A stretch of 64,000 bases of DNA from Candidatus Cloacimonadota bacterium (lineage in GTDB: Bacteria; Cloacimonadota; Cloacimonadia; G963667145): NCBI GenBank assembly GCA_963676615.1, contig OY781092.1, positions 1,376,001-1,440,000 on the forward strand, read 5' to 3'. This document shows, piece after piece, positions 30,201-45,200 of the stretch. The position numbers and the translations under genes are program-made. Every line of letters starts with the position of its first letter. Position 1 is the stretch's first letter. Below the pieces are notes generated by a model. It did not search any database. It was not told where the DNA came from and saw only the letters and a list, made by a program, of their open reading frames with translations.

Positions 30201-33200
30201 TTTTGCCATCTTACAGTAATTTCATCGTTACTTGTGCCTTTGGAAGCGCTAAACGAGTCCAAAGTCGTCTCAAACTCAAAGCCATACATTTGCCCAATCT
30301 CGTCCGAAGAGAACTCTATCACAACATCCTCGCGCGCCAATTTCGCCTTTAGCATATAATAGTAATAGCCGCCTTTTACAACATCCTCATCCAGATAGCT
30401 AAACAAAGTGTCGCCACCTGCCGCAGCCTCTCTTTTGGCAATATTGGTAATGTCAAAAATCGTCCAGTTTCCGCCTTGAGTTCGTTTATACAAGTCATAC
30501 TCCGTCGGCTCCACTGTCCCCAGGTTCACCTCTTTCAGCCAGCTAATGCCGATACCGCCAGAATCCACCTGAATATCGATACTGTCCAAAGTCAGCTTCT
30601 GATAGCCATAATCTGTCTCGGCAATCGAGAATATCGTATCCAAACCGACCTCTTTGTAAGCTCTGAGCTTATAGAAATACAGATGTCCGTCCACTGCGCC
30701 TGTGTCCACATAGAACAAGGTGTCGCCGTCTTGATCCAGAGGAGCGTCCCCTTTGCGCAAATCGATATACACGCTGGCGCCCGCAAAGTCGCTAGAGTTT
30801 TCTTTGCGATACAGCATAAAGTTCGTCGCTCCAGCCACCGTGTCAAACTTGACTTGAACCTGAAGCAAATTCTTGGTAACCCGCAGGTTCACTGGATCCA
30901 GCGGCAAAGCCCCAAAGCTCGAAGTGTCGCTAAATATCGAAACAGCTTTTCCGCCGCCATAGACCGTCTTCAGCTTGTAATAGTAAACGCTGCCACGCTT
31001 CAGCTCATAATCATCGTCAAAAATCGTGTCGTCCACCAGCTCATCCTCGTTCACATTGGCGATATTCTCAAAGCTGCCGCCGTCGGTGCTTCTGTAGATC
31101 TGATAGCCCAAAATGTCGCTGTTGCCATATCTCGGCAAATTCCAAGTCAACCGAATCTTATCTTGGAAAGTGCTGTTGGTCGCTTGCAGATTTTGTGCCG
31201 AAAGGCTGCGCACTGCGCCATCTATCGCACTCGAAACAGCCGAGAACACGCTATCTGGCGACCCTTGACGATACGCCCTTATCACAAAATTATACTCCGA
31301 AATCGAATCTTTGCTAGCGGCGAACTCGCTCGGCACAAAGTTGAGCGTCGTGTCAGAAGAGCTGCTCATCAACGCCAAAGTGTCGTAATTGTCGATAGAC
31401 ACATCTCCACTGCGGCTAGCAAATATCTGATAACCGCTGGCGTAGCGCACTGTATCCCAACGCAACTTGATATAAGAAGTGTCGGCAAATCCCGGCGCAT
31501 AGCGGTTGGAATCGTAAACCACCCTAAAGCTGGTCGGCATCGCTAGGCTCGCATAGCCAGAATCAGTTCGGCTAGAGTCCTGCAAATCAAATTTGTAAGA
31601 CTTAATCTTGTAATAATATTTCGTTCCTGGAATCAAATCCGAGTTGTAATCTTTATACGAAGTCCATCTCTCTTGCCCTGCACCAAGTTCCGCCAACCGT
31701 CGCCAATCCGCATCTCCCGCTTTCTGGCGATAAATCACCGCAGAGTCGATAAACTCTGGCGTGCTATACAAAATCTGCACCGTGTCCTCAAGGTCGCCCT
31801 TTGTCACCGTATCTATCTCTGGTGCTGGCGGGAAGATAAACCCAGTATCAGGCTCGGAATATTCCGAAATCAGCGTCTTCTCATAGACGCCATACGGAAT
31901 CTCCTCTCGCAACTCAACCACCGCTCTAACCTTATAGCTGTAGGTCCTGCCCTTATAAGTCTCACTATCGAAGAACCTATCGCCCACAGAGTCCACATAA
32001 ACGGTGTCTCCGCCAGAAACATACACCTCTCCGTCAACAGCTCCGCCTATGTATCTGGAAACAAGATAGTTATCCACAGTGTCGCCTGCCACAGACTTGA
32101 CCTTGCTCCAGCTCACACGCAAAGTATCTTTTTCGCCCCTTGTCGCCTCGACATTCTCCACAATCGGCAAGTTCAAATAACCATACACAAGGTTCGACGG
32201 CGTGGTCAAATCTCCGCCCTTAATCTTCGCCATCACTCGATAGAAATACAAATTACCAATCTCCAAAGAAGGGCTTTTGTCGTAGCTGACATTATTTTCT
32301 CTCAACGGCACACCCTGCATCTCTCCTGTCACATCGTAAGCGTTACCCTCGCGCACACTATCGATATTCTTCAACGAATCGAAGCGGAAAATCAAAGTCG
32401 TGTCTAGCTCTGGCCAAATCTCCGCCGTATAGTGCCAGCTCAACTCTATCGTGTCAACTTTCGGCTTGCTCAAAGAGACAAACTGCAAATCTTCCACACC
32501 AGAATATTTGTAATACCCGCTATCGACATCCGACAACGGAGCGTCCGCATCAACGCCCAAAGCTCTAACCATATAGTAAACTTTGCGGAAAGCGCCATAT
32601 CTGGTTCTGTCGTCCCAAATCGTATCTTCATTACCTATGGCGCTCAATCCCAATGTGTCGTAATACGCCAAATCTTGCCCATCGCTGCCGAGAACAGAAT
32701 CACGCAAAATCTGATACTGCTGTGCATCTTCCGATTTTGTCCATTTCAGCTCAATCTTATCGAAGAACTCACCTTTGCTCACAGACACCAGCGCCGCAGA
32801 ATCCAGCTTGCGACACCCAGTGGCAAATTTCGAGCTGTAGCTAGAAGTCGAGCTTGCGTTTTGGAAAGCCGCCGTGTAGATATAGTTCATTCCTTGCAAG
32901 CCAATTCCGTCGTCTGTATAAGGGAAATATCCGTCCGTATAACCTGCGGCAACCACTGTGTCGTAGTCACTAAATTGCCCAAGGAACGCATCTCCACGCC
33001 TAATATAAATCGTATCGACGATATCCGCCGTCAGCTGGCTTGTGTAGATTCGCAACTTCACAGAATCGCCATAAGCGTTGTTATCTACAACCACCAAACT
33101 ATCTGGCGCACTCAGCCGCACATAGCCGCTGTCCGTTCCGCTGCTGTCCACGGCGATGCCCTTATACACCTTAATCTTATACTGATAGCGGATGCCAGGG

Positions 33201-36200
33201 AACACATCTGCGTCATACCACGCCTGCTCTACTTCGCCCGCAGGCAAGTTTGTCGCCTTTTGCCAATCTTCGCCCGCAACATCCAGCGAGTCCCTAAACA
33301 GCACGAAACTGTCGGCATAAGTCGGCGTCGTGTATCGCACAGTGATGCTATCGCCCGCAAGCCCCTTGCTCACATCGTTCAAAATCGGCGCTTCTGGCTT
33401 CGTAAATCCTGTGTCAACTTCGGTATAAGCCGCCGTAAATCTCATCTCCAGCGGCTGTCCAACTGCGGTATCCTCGTCCAGCATAAGCACAGGGCGCACC
33501 TTATAAACATACTCTCTACCCAAATCTATCGGGCTCTCAAACCTTCGCGTAAACCCTGCGGCAATATCAAAACTCGCCGTATCCACAAAATTGGTATCGT
33601 CGCCCGGCAACAAAATCGTCGCTTCGGAAGAGCCGTTTGTCAAAGCGCGCGACAGCTCATAATAAGTAACCTCATCATCTTTTGTGCCTACAACTTTCGA
33701 CCATTTCAGTCGGATAGCTCTATCCAGCGTCGCCTTTGTCGCCACAATCTCGCCCAAAGGCTCTAGCTTCGTGCAACCAAAAGCCAAGTTCGAGGCGATG
33801 CCCGACTTGTCTTTCGGATAAACCTCTGCCAAATAGAAATAGAGATTTCCTCGCTTGATATCCACCGTATCCAAAAATTTGTTGCTCTGTGCAAAATCGT
33901 TTGTAACCGCTTTTAGTCGAGAATCTTGCGTCATATTGGCTGTGTCGGCGTTTTTCACAGAGTCGAACCTGTAGAACACGACGCTATCCACGCCATAGCT
34001 CACCAATTTGCTCGGCAAGCTGTAAGTCAGCTCGATCGTATCGACCTTCATCGCACTCATCGAGACAAACTGCAAATCTTCGATACCAGAGTATTTCAAG
34101 AATCCACTATCAATCTCGGACGGCTCAGAGTTGAAATCTTCGCCCATAGCCACAATTTTGTAGTAAATATTAGTGTAAGAAGGATATTTGCTATAATCGG
34201 TGTAGGTCGTGTCGCTGCTTTGCGCACCATAGCCAGACCTAAACAAAATATCGTAATTATCAGGGTCCTCGCCGCCTGTGTTTGTGCTATCTCGGAAAAC
34301 AATATAACCTTTGCTGGCGTCTTGCACTTGGCTCCATACCAGCTCAATTTTATCTCGATAGTCGCCTTTCGACACAGAAAGAATCTTCGGCACGCTCAAA
34401 TCTCTATACGCCAGCGTATCACCAGAATATGGCGAGTAGCCCGTTGTGTCGTCATACGACGCCACAGAATAGTAGTAGTTCACGCCTTGTTTGCCCAAAG
34501 TGTCTTTATAAGTCGCCGCCGCCTTTATCATAAACCACTGGCTCTGTGTCATATCCGACTTCTTCATCCTGCGGATACGATACGAATCAACAGTTGCGTT
34601 ATTAGGCATCGTCTTAAAGCTCAAAGTCACCCCACTCGTATCCCAATGGGTCACCTTCAGCGTGTCAATCGGCTTCAGATAAGTGTAAGAAACGATGTCG
34701 TAAGTTTTCTCCGACAAAGTATCGTTCTTAACCTTAAATCGATAAGAGTACTCCCGACCTCGAGTCAGCAAACTATCGATAACTTCCCCGCTGCCATACA
34801 CTGTGTCGATAGGCACAAAAACAGAAGCGTCATCCGTCCTGTCTTTGCGATAAACATACACCTCCCTCACATAGCCGTTGGCGGGACTCACCGTAATATT
34901 CACGCGCTCTTTGACCCGAGCATCTATCTCAAACGGCGAGGTCTTCTCTATCCAAAGCGTGTCGTTATAGCCATACACCTGCCCATCGTCCAGCGGCGGC
35001 ATCTCCGACCAACCAGTATCAGCCTCGCTCTCTTGCGAAACTAGCCTCAACTGCAACCTGCTCGTCGCATCTCCAAAAACCGTGTCCTGATCAATCTCGC
35101 ACAACGCCCGCAAAGAGTAAGCGTAGAACTTGCCTGGCTCAAATCCGCTAGCAAACAAGTCTCCGCCGTAAAAATCGAGCGCAGTCGTATCGCTAACCTC
35201 AACCGAATCTCTTCTGCCACCATTCACGCTCTCTCGGATCAACTCATAGTCGTTAACGCCCTGCACGCTATCCCACACCACGCTCACACTATCCACCAGC
35301 ACTCCAAAGCTCGCCGTCGCTCTGCCCGTCTTCGGCAAATCGAGATAGCCGTGCGCCATATTCGACAACTTCGAGTCAACGTCCGTATTCACTTGCACTT
35401 TATAGAAATACAACTTTCCAAGCTCAAGGTCAGCGGAAGTGTCGCTTATCGTATAAGTTCTGAACTCTCCCTCTGTAACGCTATCAACAATATAAGCCGT
35501 AGTCGGCACAGCATAACCTGTCGTATCATCAGACGACTCAACATCGTCCCAACGATACAGCTTCACGCCATCTTTACCGAAATCTTCAAATTTGATGCTC
35601 TCAAAGACGCTAAAAGTAAGCTTTATCGTGTCTCGGCGCTTGCCCGCAAAGCGTAAATCTTCCACCTTGTCAAAAGCTCTGTATCCAGAATCTGCCGCCG
35701 ACAAAGTCGAATTCGTGTCAACACCAACCGCTTGCACCTTATAGGCGATATACTTGCAAGACGGATATTTCTGGTTATCCACATAGGTCGTGTCGTCGCT
35801 ATCCTCCAGATAGAACTCGTTCACCAGCACTTCATACTGCCCATTTTCGTCGCTGCGGCGATACAAGCGATACCCCTGCGCATCATCTATCTTGTTCCAT
35901 CTCAGCGTAATATTGTCGATGCTCGTGCCCTTGCTAACGCTATCGAACTCTGGCACTTCCAGCTTCGCAAAACCTGTGTCGATGCTCGCACCATATCGAG
36001 AAATCCCCGTAACATCGCTAAAGTAAGCCGCTTGATAAACATAAAATTTCCCTTGAACAACATCTTTGTCAACCAAAGTGTCGCTAGCGGCATCGAAAGG
36101 ATAGACGAGCCTCTCTTCGTCGGCAGGGTCGCTCCACGCATATCGCCTAATCACCACAGAGTCGATATTTTCGCTGTTTTTCGCATTTCTTTTAACCAGC

Positions 36201-39200
36201 AAAATTATACTATCCGAAGAAACTCCGTTCTTGACAACCTCCACCTTTTGCGACGGTTGCAGCGGCGTAAACGACACCACATCCAAGAATGTATCCGAAA
36301 CCACCTCGTTGACGATTTTCAGCCTAAATGTGTCGAACTCTCCATAAAGCTCTGGGCTAAACTTGAAGGTGTCCATCACAGCGGCATCTCGCACAGAAAC
36401 CGACCGCACATAGCCCGCTACGCCGTTTCCAATCGTGTCAAATCTCACGCTGTCCACAAAATCTTTGCCCGTCACAATTCCAATCTTTATCACAGAATCG
36501 AAATTGTTGACCACATTTTCCTGCAAATTGGCGACAATATCCGCCGTGTCGTTGTTAATCCACAAATCTGCTCGGCTAAGCGCAGGAATTTTGGCGTAGC
36601 CCGAATCGATCGAATTGCGATAAACCGCCATATCTCCTTGCAAATAAACATTATAGAAATACCATTTGCCGGGTTGCAAACCGTTTTCTGCCGTCACCTC
36701 ATCGACAAATCCGTCCGAAGCTTTCTGATCTTCAAAATAAGCAACATTCCCCGCATAGTCGTATACGCCGCCTTCGGCTTTTTGATAGCGAACCACTGTG
36801 TAAGGCTCATCCAGCACACCGTTCCAGCTCAAACGAACAGTATCGATAAACTCGCCCTTTGTCGCCGTCAAATTTTGCACTTGATAAACATTCAGATACA
36901 GCGTATCGTCCAGCTCTTTAAATTTAGAGTCGCTGTTGACGATGCCGTCGGTTCCCGCATCTTGCGACAATCCGCTAAGCGACTGCACCCGATACAAGAA
37001 AGCGTGCGTCCGCTGATTTTGCTCGATAGTATCCAGCCAGAAAGTGTCCGTAACTGTTTTCAGAGCAGCGTATTCGGTTTCGTTGAACCGCTTTCTCTCG
37101 ATTTTGAAACTATCCGCATTGGCAACTTTCGCCCATTTAATGCCGATAACCGAGGTGTCCAAAGTTCCCACATCAACTGTGTCGATCTCCGCCGTCGGCA
37201 ACAATTTCGTCCAACCAGAATCGATGACGCCCTTGTCGCTAAACTTGTCAAACCCTTGCACCTGCGACGCCACACGGAAATAGAGCTTTTTGCCATACCA
37301 ACTGCTATCTGACAGAACATTGCCCTTCAGAGCATAGGCAGACACCCCTAAAATGCTATCGTAATAGTTCGTCAATTCGGTTTTTTTCGCAAAGCTCTCC
37401 TCGTCCTTATCAGTGCTCACATAAATTCGATAGTTCATCTTGCCAGACAAATTGAGCGGCTCCTCTATCCGCAAATAGACGCTATCGTAAAATTCTCCCT
37501 TGCTCGGACGCAGATAGAACTCTGGCGGAGCTTGCTTACCAACGCCATAGACCGTATCGCTCCAAGCCGAACGCCCATAAGTAGGATGCACATTTCGCAC
37601 GATAAACCCTTTCTGCCCTTGACTAAACGGAGAGTCAAAAGTCCAAGTGGTATCGATCAAATCTTTCTCCACCACATCGCTATAAAACTCGCTCACCATT
37701 CGCACTTCGTAGGTCACATTCGCAATCTGCGACTCTGCCCAATCGACCCTAATCTTGTCTGTAATGCTGTCCGAAGCGACAACTAGCGCTGGCGGATTTA
37801 GCTTCGACCAACCGCTATCCACGGCCGACCACAGCGACGCCACAGAGTCCCAAATAGCTTCCGTGCCGCCAGAATCCACCACTTGCAATTTGAAGTAGTA
37901 AGTTTGCCCCTCGTCCAAACCTCCCGACTGCGTAAAGTTATAAGAGCTGCTATCTCCTGCCTGATTGTTCACAATCTTCAGCGTGTCGCAATAATCGGAG
38001 CTAAAATCTATCGTCGTGTCGTAAGCCAAATTGAACGCCGTTGCTATGCCATACTCTTGCCAGCTGATTTGGATAGTGTCCTGCAAAATCTGATACATAT
38101 TTTTCTCAATATCCAAAACAGGCAAAACAAATCGCTTGCCGCCAAAAGCGGTGTCCGACCAATTCTGGCTGACAAATTTTTGAGCAGTCTCTTGGCTCCA
38201 AACCTCCACAGGCTGGCTCATATCAAGATATTCTGGGTTATAAACTTTCACCGAATACTTATAAGCCATTCCGCCTTGAATGTCGTAATCTTTGTAGAGC
38301 GTGTCCGACAAATCTTCATAATAGACAGTGTCGAACGAGCTAACTCGCGCAAGCAGATAGCGTCCCGACTCGCAAAGATTTTCGACTCCGTTCCAGCGCA
38401 CCGTCACAAACAAAGCCTGCGCATCCAGCGTGTCCGCTGTCAGACCGTCCACATCTGGCAGAGCCTTCCAGCCCGTATCTGGCTCCGAAATCTCCGAATA
38501 TTTTCCGTTGCGATACGACCGAACATAATAAAGATATTTTTGCCCAACTTTCCGTGCTGCACCGTCGTCAAACACCGTGTCTGTGGCAAAATTATAATCA
38601 GCTTCCACAGTATCCACAGTCACCATCGGGCTCAGCGGTTTGATATTTTTCGCATAAACGAAGAAACTGTCAATATCTGGGATACGATTTTTGTCCATAT
38701 CCCACGAAACTGCGATTGTGTCCACAGAAACGCCCTTGGTCGCCGTCACTCCCGCTGGCGGATACGGATTGCTTGTGGCAAAGATAGAGTCCGTCCACGA
38801 AGAAAATCCTGTCGAATCGTTGTAAACCCTCACTTTGTAATAGCCGTCGTCTCCTGGAATAACCGTCGTATCTTCCAATCTCGGATTCGCCGAAGTGTCT
38901 ATCGGGTCAAAATTCGCACCGTCTTTTTTATACAAAATATACTCGTCCGCATTTTCCACCGCTTTGCATCGGAAAACGAACTTGTCGAACTTGACGCTGT
39001 CCAGACGCAAACTATCGGCAGCCAGCAACAACGCAAACCCTTTGCAAACATCGGAGAAAGTCGCCTTGCTCACATCGTAGCCGTCCAAATCGTTCAGCGC
39101 TGCCACCTTGAAGTAGAGCAGTTTCCCCAAATCGGCAATCTCCAGCTCTGGCAAACTCAAGTTATAAACAGAGTCGGAAGTCAAGCTCATCTGATAGCGA

Positions 39201-42200
39201 GCATCGCTATACACAAACTCGCGCGCAGTGTCGCCAACAAGGGCGTAGGACTGAGCGTTCTCGACTCTCGACCACCTAATCACGACAGAATCGGCGTAAC
39301 TGCTATCTGGCTTGTTGTCTTTTGTTGCATAATCGAACACGCCCGAAGCTGTGATAAACGCTGGCTCTGGCAACTTCGACCAAGCACCGTCGTAAATTCC
39401 AATGTTATACTCTAGGTTGTAAGTCTGCACCTCAACAGTGTCAGAACTTCCGCCCTTCAAACCTTGCACGGCAGTCGTTAGGTAATACCAATACTTCTTG
39501 CCGCCAACAAGTTTATCGCCAGCCAATCCTTTTCCTTTATCGATGTAATAGTTCGTGTCCGCTTGCATCGAATCCAGCAAAGTTTTCTCTCCATTTTTAT
39601 CCACAGAACGATACAAGTAGTAATAGAGGTTTGGCGTCGTCTCTTCTGCCCAGTTGAGCTTGATCGTATCGAACCTAACGCTATCATAATAGAAATAGAA
39701 AGAGTCCACCGGCAACAGCTTCAGATATCCCGTATCCACAGCCACGCTGGTGTCCGAAATCTCCGCTATGCAATATTCGTTAACTGGTTGCACCCTAAAC
39801 AGATACTGCACTCCGTCGCTAAATTCGGAGCTATACTCACTGCGATAGAAAATATGCGAAGTGTCGTCATCTTCGACACCAATTGCTGCCAAGAAATCGT
39901 AGCCAGAGCCACCGAGCGTATCAAAAAAGACATTGTAGCTAGTCGCCAAATCCGATTTGCTCCACTTCAGCGAAATGCCTTGGGTCGATTCGCCTTTCCC
40001 TGCGAAAATCTCGTCCACCATCTCCAACTTCGTAAACGCCGCAGCACCAATCTCGCGCACTGGTCCACGGTCGGAACCTTTCAAACCCGCAATCCAATAG
40101 TAAAAAATCTTACCGGGGTTATTTTTCAAATCCGCAGATTTGTCCGTAAATGGAGCTTCTGTGAAAACTAGCGTATCCACAGCCACTTTGTTATCCACAT
40201 CGTTATCCTCACTGCGATACACGACATAAGAGTCCACCGCTGGGATTTGCTTCCAAATCATCAAAATCGTATCTCGTTTATAATCCTCAACTTGTCGCAA
40301 ACTATCCACCAAGCCAATCTTCGCAAAATTCACGACATGGTTGGAGCTATCGGAGAATTTCTCGCCAAAACGAGTCGGCGCATACGAGTAAACGAAATAT
40401 TCATAATTTTCGGAAACGGTCACCGCGCTGTCGTTGTAGCTCACCATCTCCAAAACATCAACGCCATAAACGGTGTCGATCGTGTCCACCGTCCCGACAT
40501 TAACCTTGGACTTGCAAACAAAATAGTTGAGCGTGTCGCCGCCGATATTTTTTTTCAGCCAAGAGATGTTTATATAACCTTCCAGAGGCTCGCCCGTGGC
40601 AAGGTTCACCGCTGGCAACCTCGAATAGCCGCTATCGATTATCGCGCCCGACATCGTGTTCGGCAGATCGTTCACCGCACGCACACCAACATAATAGACA
40701 AATCCAGCGTCGCTATTTTGCAAAGTTATCGTATCCAAAATAATCGAGTCGCCGCTCGGCGTCGCTGTCGCCAAATCAAGCTCGTAATACCCTTTCACAA
40801 AAAGGTCTTCTTTGTTTTTCTTAAACGAAATCTGATACCGGAGCGAGTTGTCCTCGTCTGCCACAGCCGACCGCTTTATCTTCAGCGCCAAACTATCTTG
40901 CAGCTGACCGTCCGTAACATCTATCAGATCTGGCTTCTCCAGCTTAACCCAGCCTTCAGATTGCGTCGGTTCACTCTTCCCGAAATCGTTTTGCGCCCAA
41001 ACTCTGATGTAAATTTTTCGCCCTTTCAGCGAATCTTCTGTAATCTTAATCACCGCCGAATCTGTTGTGTAGTCAGAATTTTCAAAACTGCCCAAACTAT
41101 CGACAGGGAAGCGGAACTTTTGCGTCTCCTCATCGATCGAATCTTTGGTTGACCATTCCACAAAATAGCTCTTGAACGCCTGCTCCTTCTCCCACTTAAC
41201 GATAATCGTGTCGTCCAGCCCCTTATCGCTCCTGGTAATCGTCAACGGATCAAAAATCGAGAAACCACGCACAGGCTTCGACAAAACCTGCTCTTTGCTA
41301 ATGTCGTTAAACGCCGCAACCTTATACCAGCGCACCATTCCGTGCGGCACGCTCGCATCAACGAAGAAAGTGTCCTCGCCGTTGACAACAGAATCCAAAA
41401 TGTTTCCGCTCCACACACTTGCCTGTGTCGTGTCACGCACAACTAAATACTGCACATCGCTCGCCATATCGTCTGTGCCGTTTTTGTAGCCCCAACGCAA
41501 AGTGATGCTATACTCCGAAATCGAAGCTATCAAAGTGTCTGGCGGCGAGAATTTCGCATAACCGCTAGCGCTGGCGCTGTCTTGCGAAACAACCGACTCT
41601 TTGCCCGCGTTGTTTTTCTTGCTCTTCAGGTAATAAGCGTAAGCCACACCCTCTTTCACTCTCGCCGTGTCGAAATACTCCGTCACTATCGAAGCAAAAA
41701 CATAGCTCGTATCCAGCGTGCTGCCCAAATAGCGAGAAAGCAAGAAGCTATCCACAGAAGAAGCGTAATTCCATTCCCAGCTTAGCTTTATCGTGTCGGC
41801 ATAAGCGCCTTTGGTCGCCGCAAAATTTTCGGGCATCGGCAAGTAGCAATAAGCGTCCAGAGTGTCGCTCTCGGCAGAAACCTGCTTATCGACTCCGCCG
41901 CCGTTCTCAATCACCGCTTTCACATAATACTCTACAAACTCGCCATAGCTGATACCTTTATCCACATAGAAGCCGCTGACCAGTTGCTCGCCAGAAACGC
42001 TGGCAATCTGCTCAAAACTTCCGCTAACAAATTTTCTGTAAACTCGCACACTATCCAAAGACGCGACATCCAACGGATAGCTCGCCCAATAGACCAAATT
42101 GGCTGTATCTCGCACCAAGATTTTGGACATCGCCGCTTTCGGCAATTCGATGCCGCTTTTTTGTGCCGCAGAACGCTCCGAAACTGAATACGGCACCGCA

Positions 42201-45200
42201 TCCGACGCTGTCGCATACGCCAAAGAACGCACCTTGAACCAATACGGAGCACCTTTTTTGACCGTTTTAGGCTCTAGCTGTGCAAAAATTGTCGCGCTCG
42301 TATCCGCCAGCACAATCGAATCGACCAGAGTCGTGCAATTTTCGTCAGAATAGCAAAGCAAACCGTAGCGAACAATCGCTAAATTCTCTTTCTGCAACTT
42401 CACTTTCTCTATCTCGACAAAAATCGAATCTTCGTTCGGATAACCCGAAGCCGCCAGTTGGGTCGTATCGATTCTGCTATATCCTGGCATCGCCAAAAAC
42501 TCTGTGTTCAATGTGTCCGATACGCCGAAATAGCCCGCTTTTTTGGCAACAATTTTGTAATAGTAGTAAGCGCCGTTCACCCTCTGATCCGCTCCGCCCA
42601 AACTGTCAGCAAAGGTGTAGTAGGAATCCACGGCTCCCACGGCCTCTGCCTTCCAATCCAAAGCGTTTAGTTTTGCGTAACTTCCGCCGTCGATTTTTCG
42701 CCAAACATCAAACTCGTGTCCACCCACATAACGCAACCTCACCACTATTGAGTCGGTCAAATCTTGCGAAATCCAAACCGAGTCGATGTCTTTCGGCTTC
42801 AGATAGCCTTGCGTCCACACAGTGTCCGAGCCGACTCTTGTGTTTTTGAACTTAACCGAAAAAGCGCTCACGCCCAATCGATATTCTGGTCCATAAACAA
42901 ACGGATAGTCGAAAGAGCCCACAAACTTGACGATAGAATCTGCTTCGTTCGCCACAGACGCCACAATCATCGAATCTTTGCCATCTTTTTCCCGAACAAA
43001 AATGGAGTAGCCGTCCGCATCGCTCTTCTCGTCCCATCTCAACCTGATTTTGTCGGCATAAACGCCCTTCGACGCATCTAATCCAAGACAAGAATCTAGC
43101 CTCGTGTAACCTTCGGTCGGTCCAACCCACTCGGACGCTTCGCTGTCTTTTTTCGTCTGCGCGTAGTATTTATATAGCTTTCCGTCTTGCAACGAAACTG
43201 TGTCTGTCCAAGGGAAGAACTGTCCTTCATCAGTGCCATTAAAATCAGTTTCTTCAAATCTTTTGACAATAATTTCTACGCCATCTTCGTTTTCTCGTTT
43301 AATCAAAATGCTATCCACATTTTTCGCGTGCAAAATTTCCAACTGAATGCTATCCACAAAGAAGTTGTCCTGGCTCGCCAATCGAACAGCCGACAACGCT
43401 ATCAAACACTGCCCAGCCACAGAGTCGCTCCAAGCAGAAGAAGAAAGCTCTTTGTCGTCAGCCACAGCCGCAGCCAGCCTCCTGCTGTGCAATCTCGCTC
43501 TGTAATAGTAAGGAACTTTCGGCGTCAGAGAAGTGGCGCTATCCACAAAACTCAAAGTGTCCAAACCTTGGAAACTATCCACCGTCACAAACGACTCGCC
43601 ATCTTTTCTTCGCTGAACCTCGACCTGCATATCGTATTTTTCGTAAAGCGCGATATTGTCGGTAATCTCGCTTGGCAAAGCCCAACTAACTTCGATTTTG
43701 CCGTTGATGTCGTCGCTACATTCTGAGATGTAAATTTTCGGAGGCAGCACGAATCCAGAGTCAAGATTTGTCAGCGAATCGCTAACGCTCACATCGTTTC
43801 TGCCGCCAATTTTGAAATAGTAGAAAATTCCCGACAAAGCGCCCACATTATCCAGCTTAAAGCTGTAATCGTAAGTGCCAACATCGCCCCTATTTATGCT
43901 CTGAATTGCGCTGGCTTGATCAAAAATTCCGCTGGCGCTATCACGCATATAAATCGTGTAAAGGCTTGTGTTGTCATCTGCTACGCTTGTGTTCGAGCGA
44001 TAGTTTTCCCATTTCAACCGCAACGAATCTGCCGAAACGCCCTTGCTCACCGTCAAATTTTTCGGAGCTTTCAATCTGCTGGCGCCAACCACCACTTTGC
44101 TATAATCCGAGTTGCCTTTGCTCTCCTCGAACCGAGCTTTTATGTAAATCGGCAAACTAATGTCGTCAATCTGCACGGACAACCGATAAACCGTATCTTC
44201 AGGAGTTGCATACTCCACAGCCACGCTGTCCCAAGTCGCTTGATCTTTTGAATATTTAATCCGCACAGAGTCGATCTCAATCGCCGAAATTTTGTTCCAT
44301 TTAATCTCGATCGAATCCACAATCGTGCCATAAGACGCCGTCAGTTGCGGAGGCGAAACTTTGGTGTATCCCGAATCAACCCGAGAGGTGTCCGAGAAAA
44401 TTGTATCTTTCAAAGCGCCCAAGTCGATACTCGTCGAAACATCGAAATAGTAAACCTTGCCTTGCGCCAAATTGTCTCCAAAAGCTCCGCCAGAACGCAG
44501 ATCAACCAAAGTGTCAGAGGTCACAATCTGCGCCTCTATCGTTTTTTGCACAGGGTCGTTCAATTGCCTTACTGTATAAAGCGGCGCATAATCGCCCGCA
44601 TCCACCGCAGACCAAGAAGCAATCAAGGTTTGCTCGCTCTCGCCCTTGGCAACGGTAAACCCACTGACCGTATCCAGCGACGCAAAGCCAAACTTCGCCC
44701 TAGAAAATCCAGAATAGTGCGTAACACCCGCTTTGTCCGTATTTTTCGTCCGCACCGCATAAAAATACGGAACTCCACGAACAGGAGCGACGGCGCTCTT
44801 TATTGTGTCTGTATAAACCGTGTCCAAAGTTCCCAACTGCGCCAGCGAATCTTGGCTGACAGAAAAGCCATCAAAGCTTTGCGCCCGATAAAGCAAATAC
44901 GCCAAACCGTCTTCGGCTCGCTCCCAAACAATCTTGATGCTATCTTTGTAGTCGCCCTTTGTAACGCTGGCGATTATCGGCGCCCGCAGCTCCAATGAGC
45001 CAGACAAGGTGTCCGAATAGCCAGACTCTTCGCCCATCGTCGAAGAAGCCTGCACATAATAAAAATAGGTCTTACCAAGCTCCAAATCGCCTTGCTTCCA
45101 GCTATACTTAATCTCCTCTCCCAAATTCTCTTTGGCAAGAGTTGCCGTCTGAACTCCAAATTTTTCTGGAGCAAAAGGCGCTCCCAAACTATCCAGCCGA

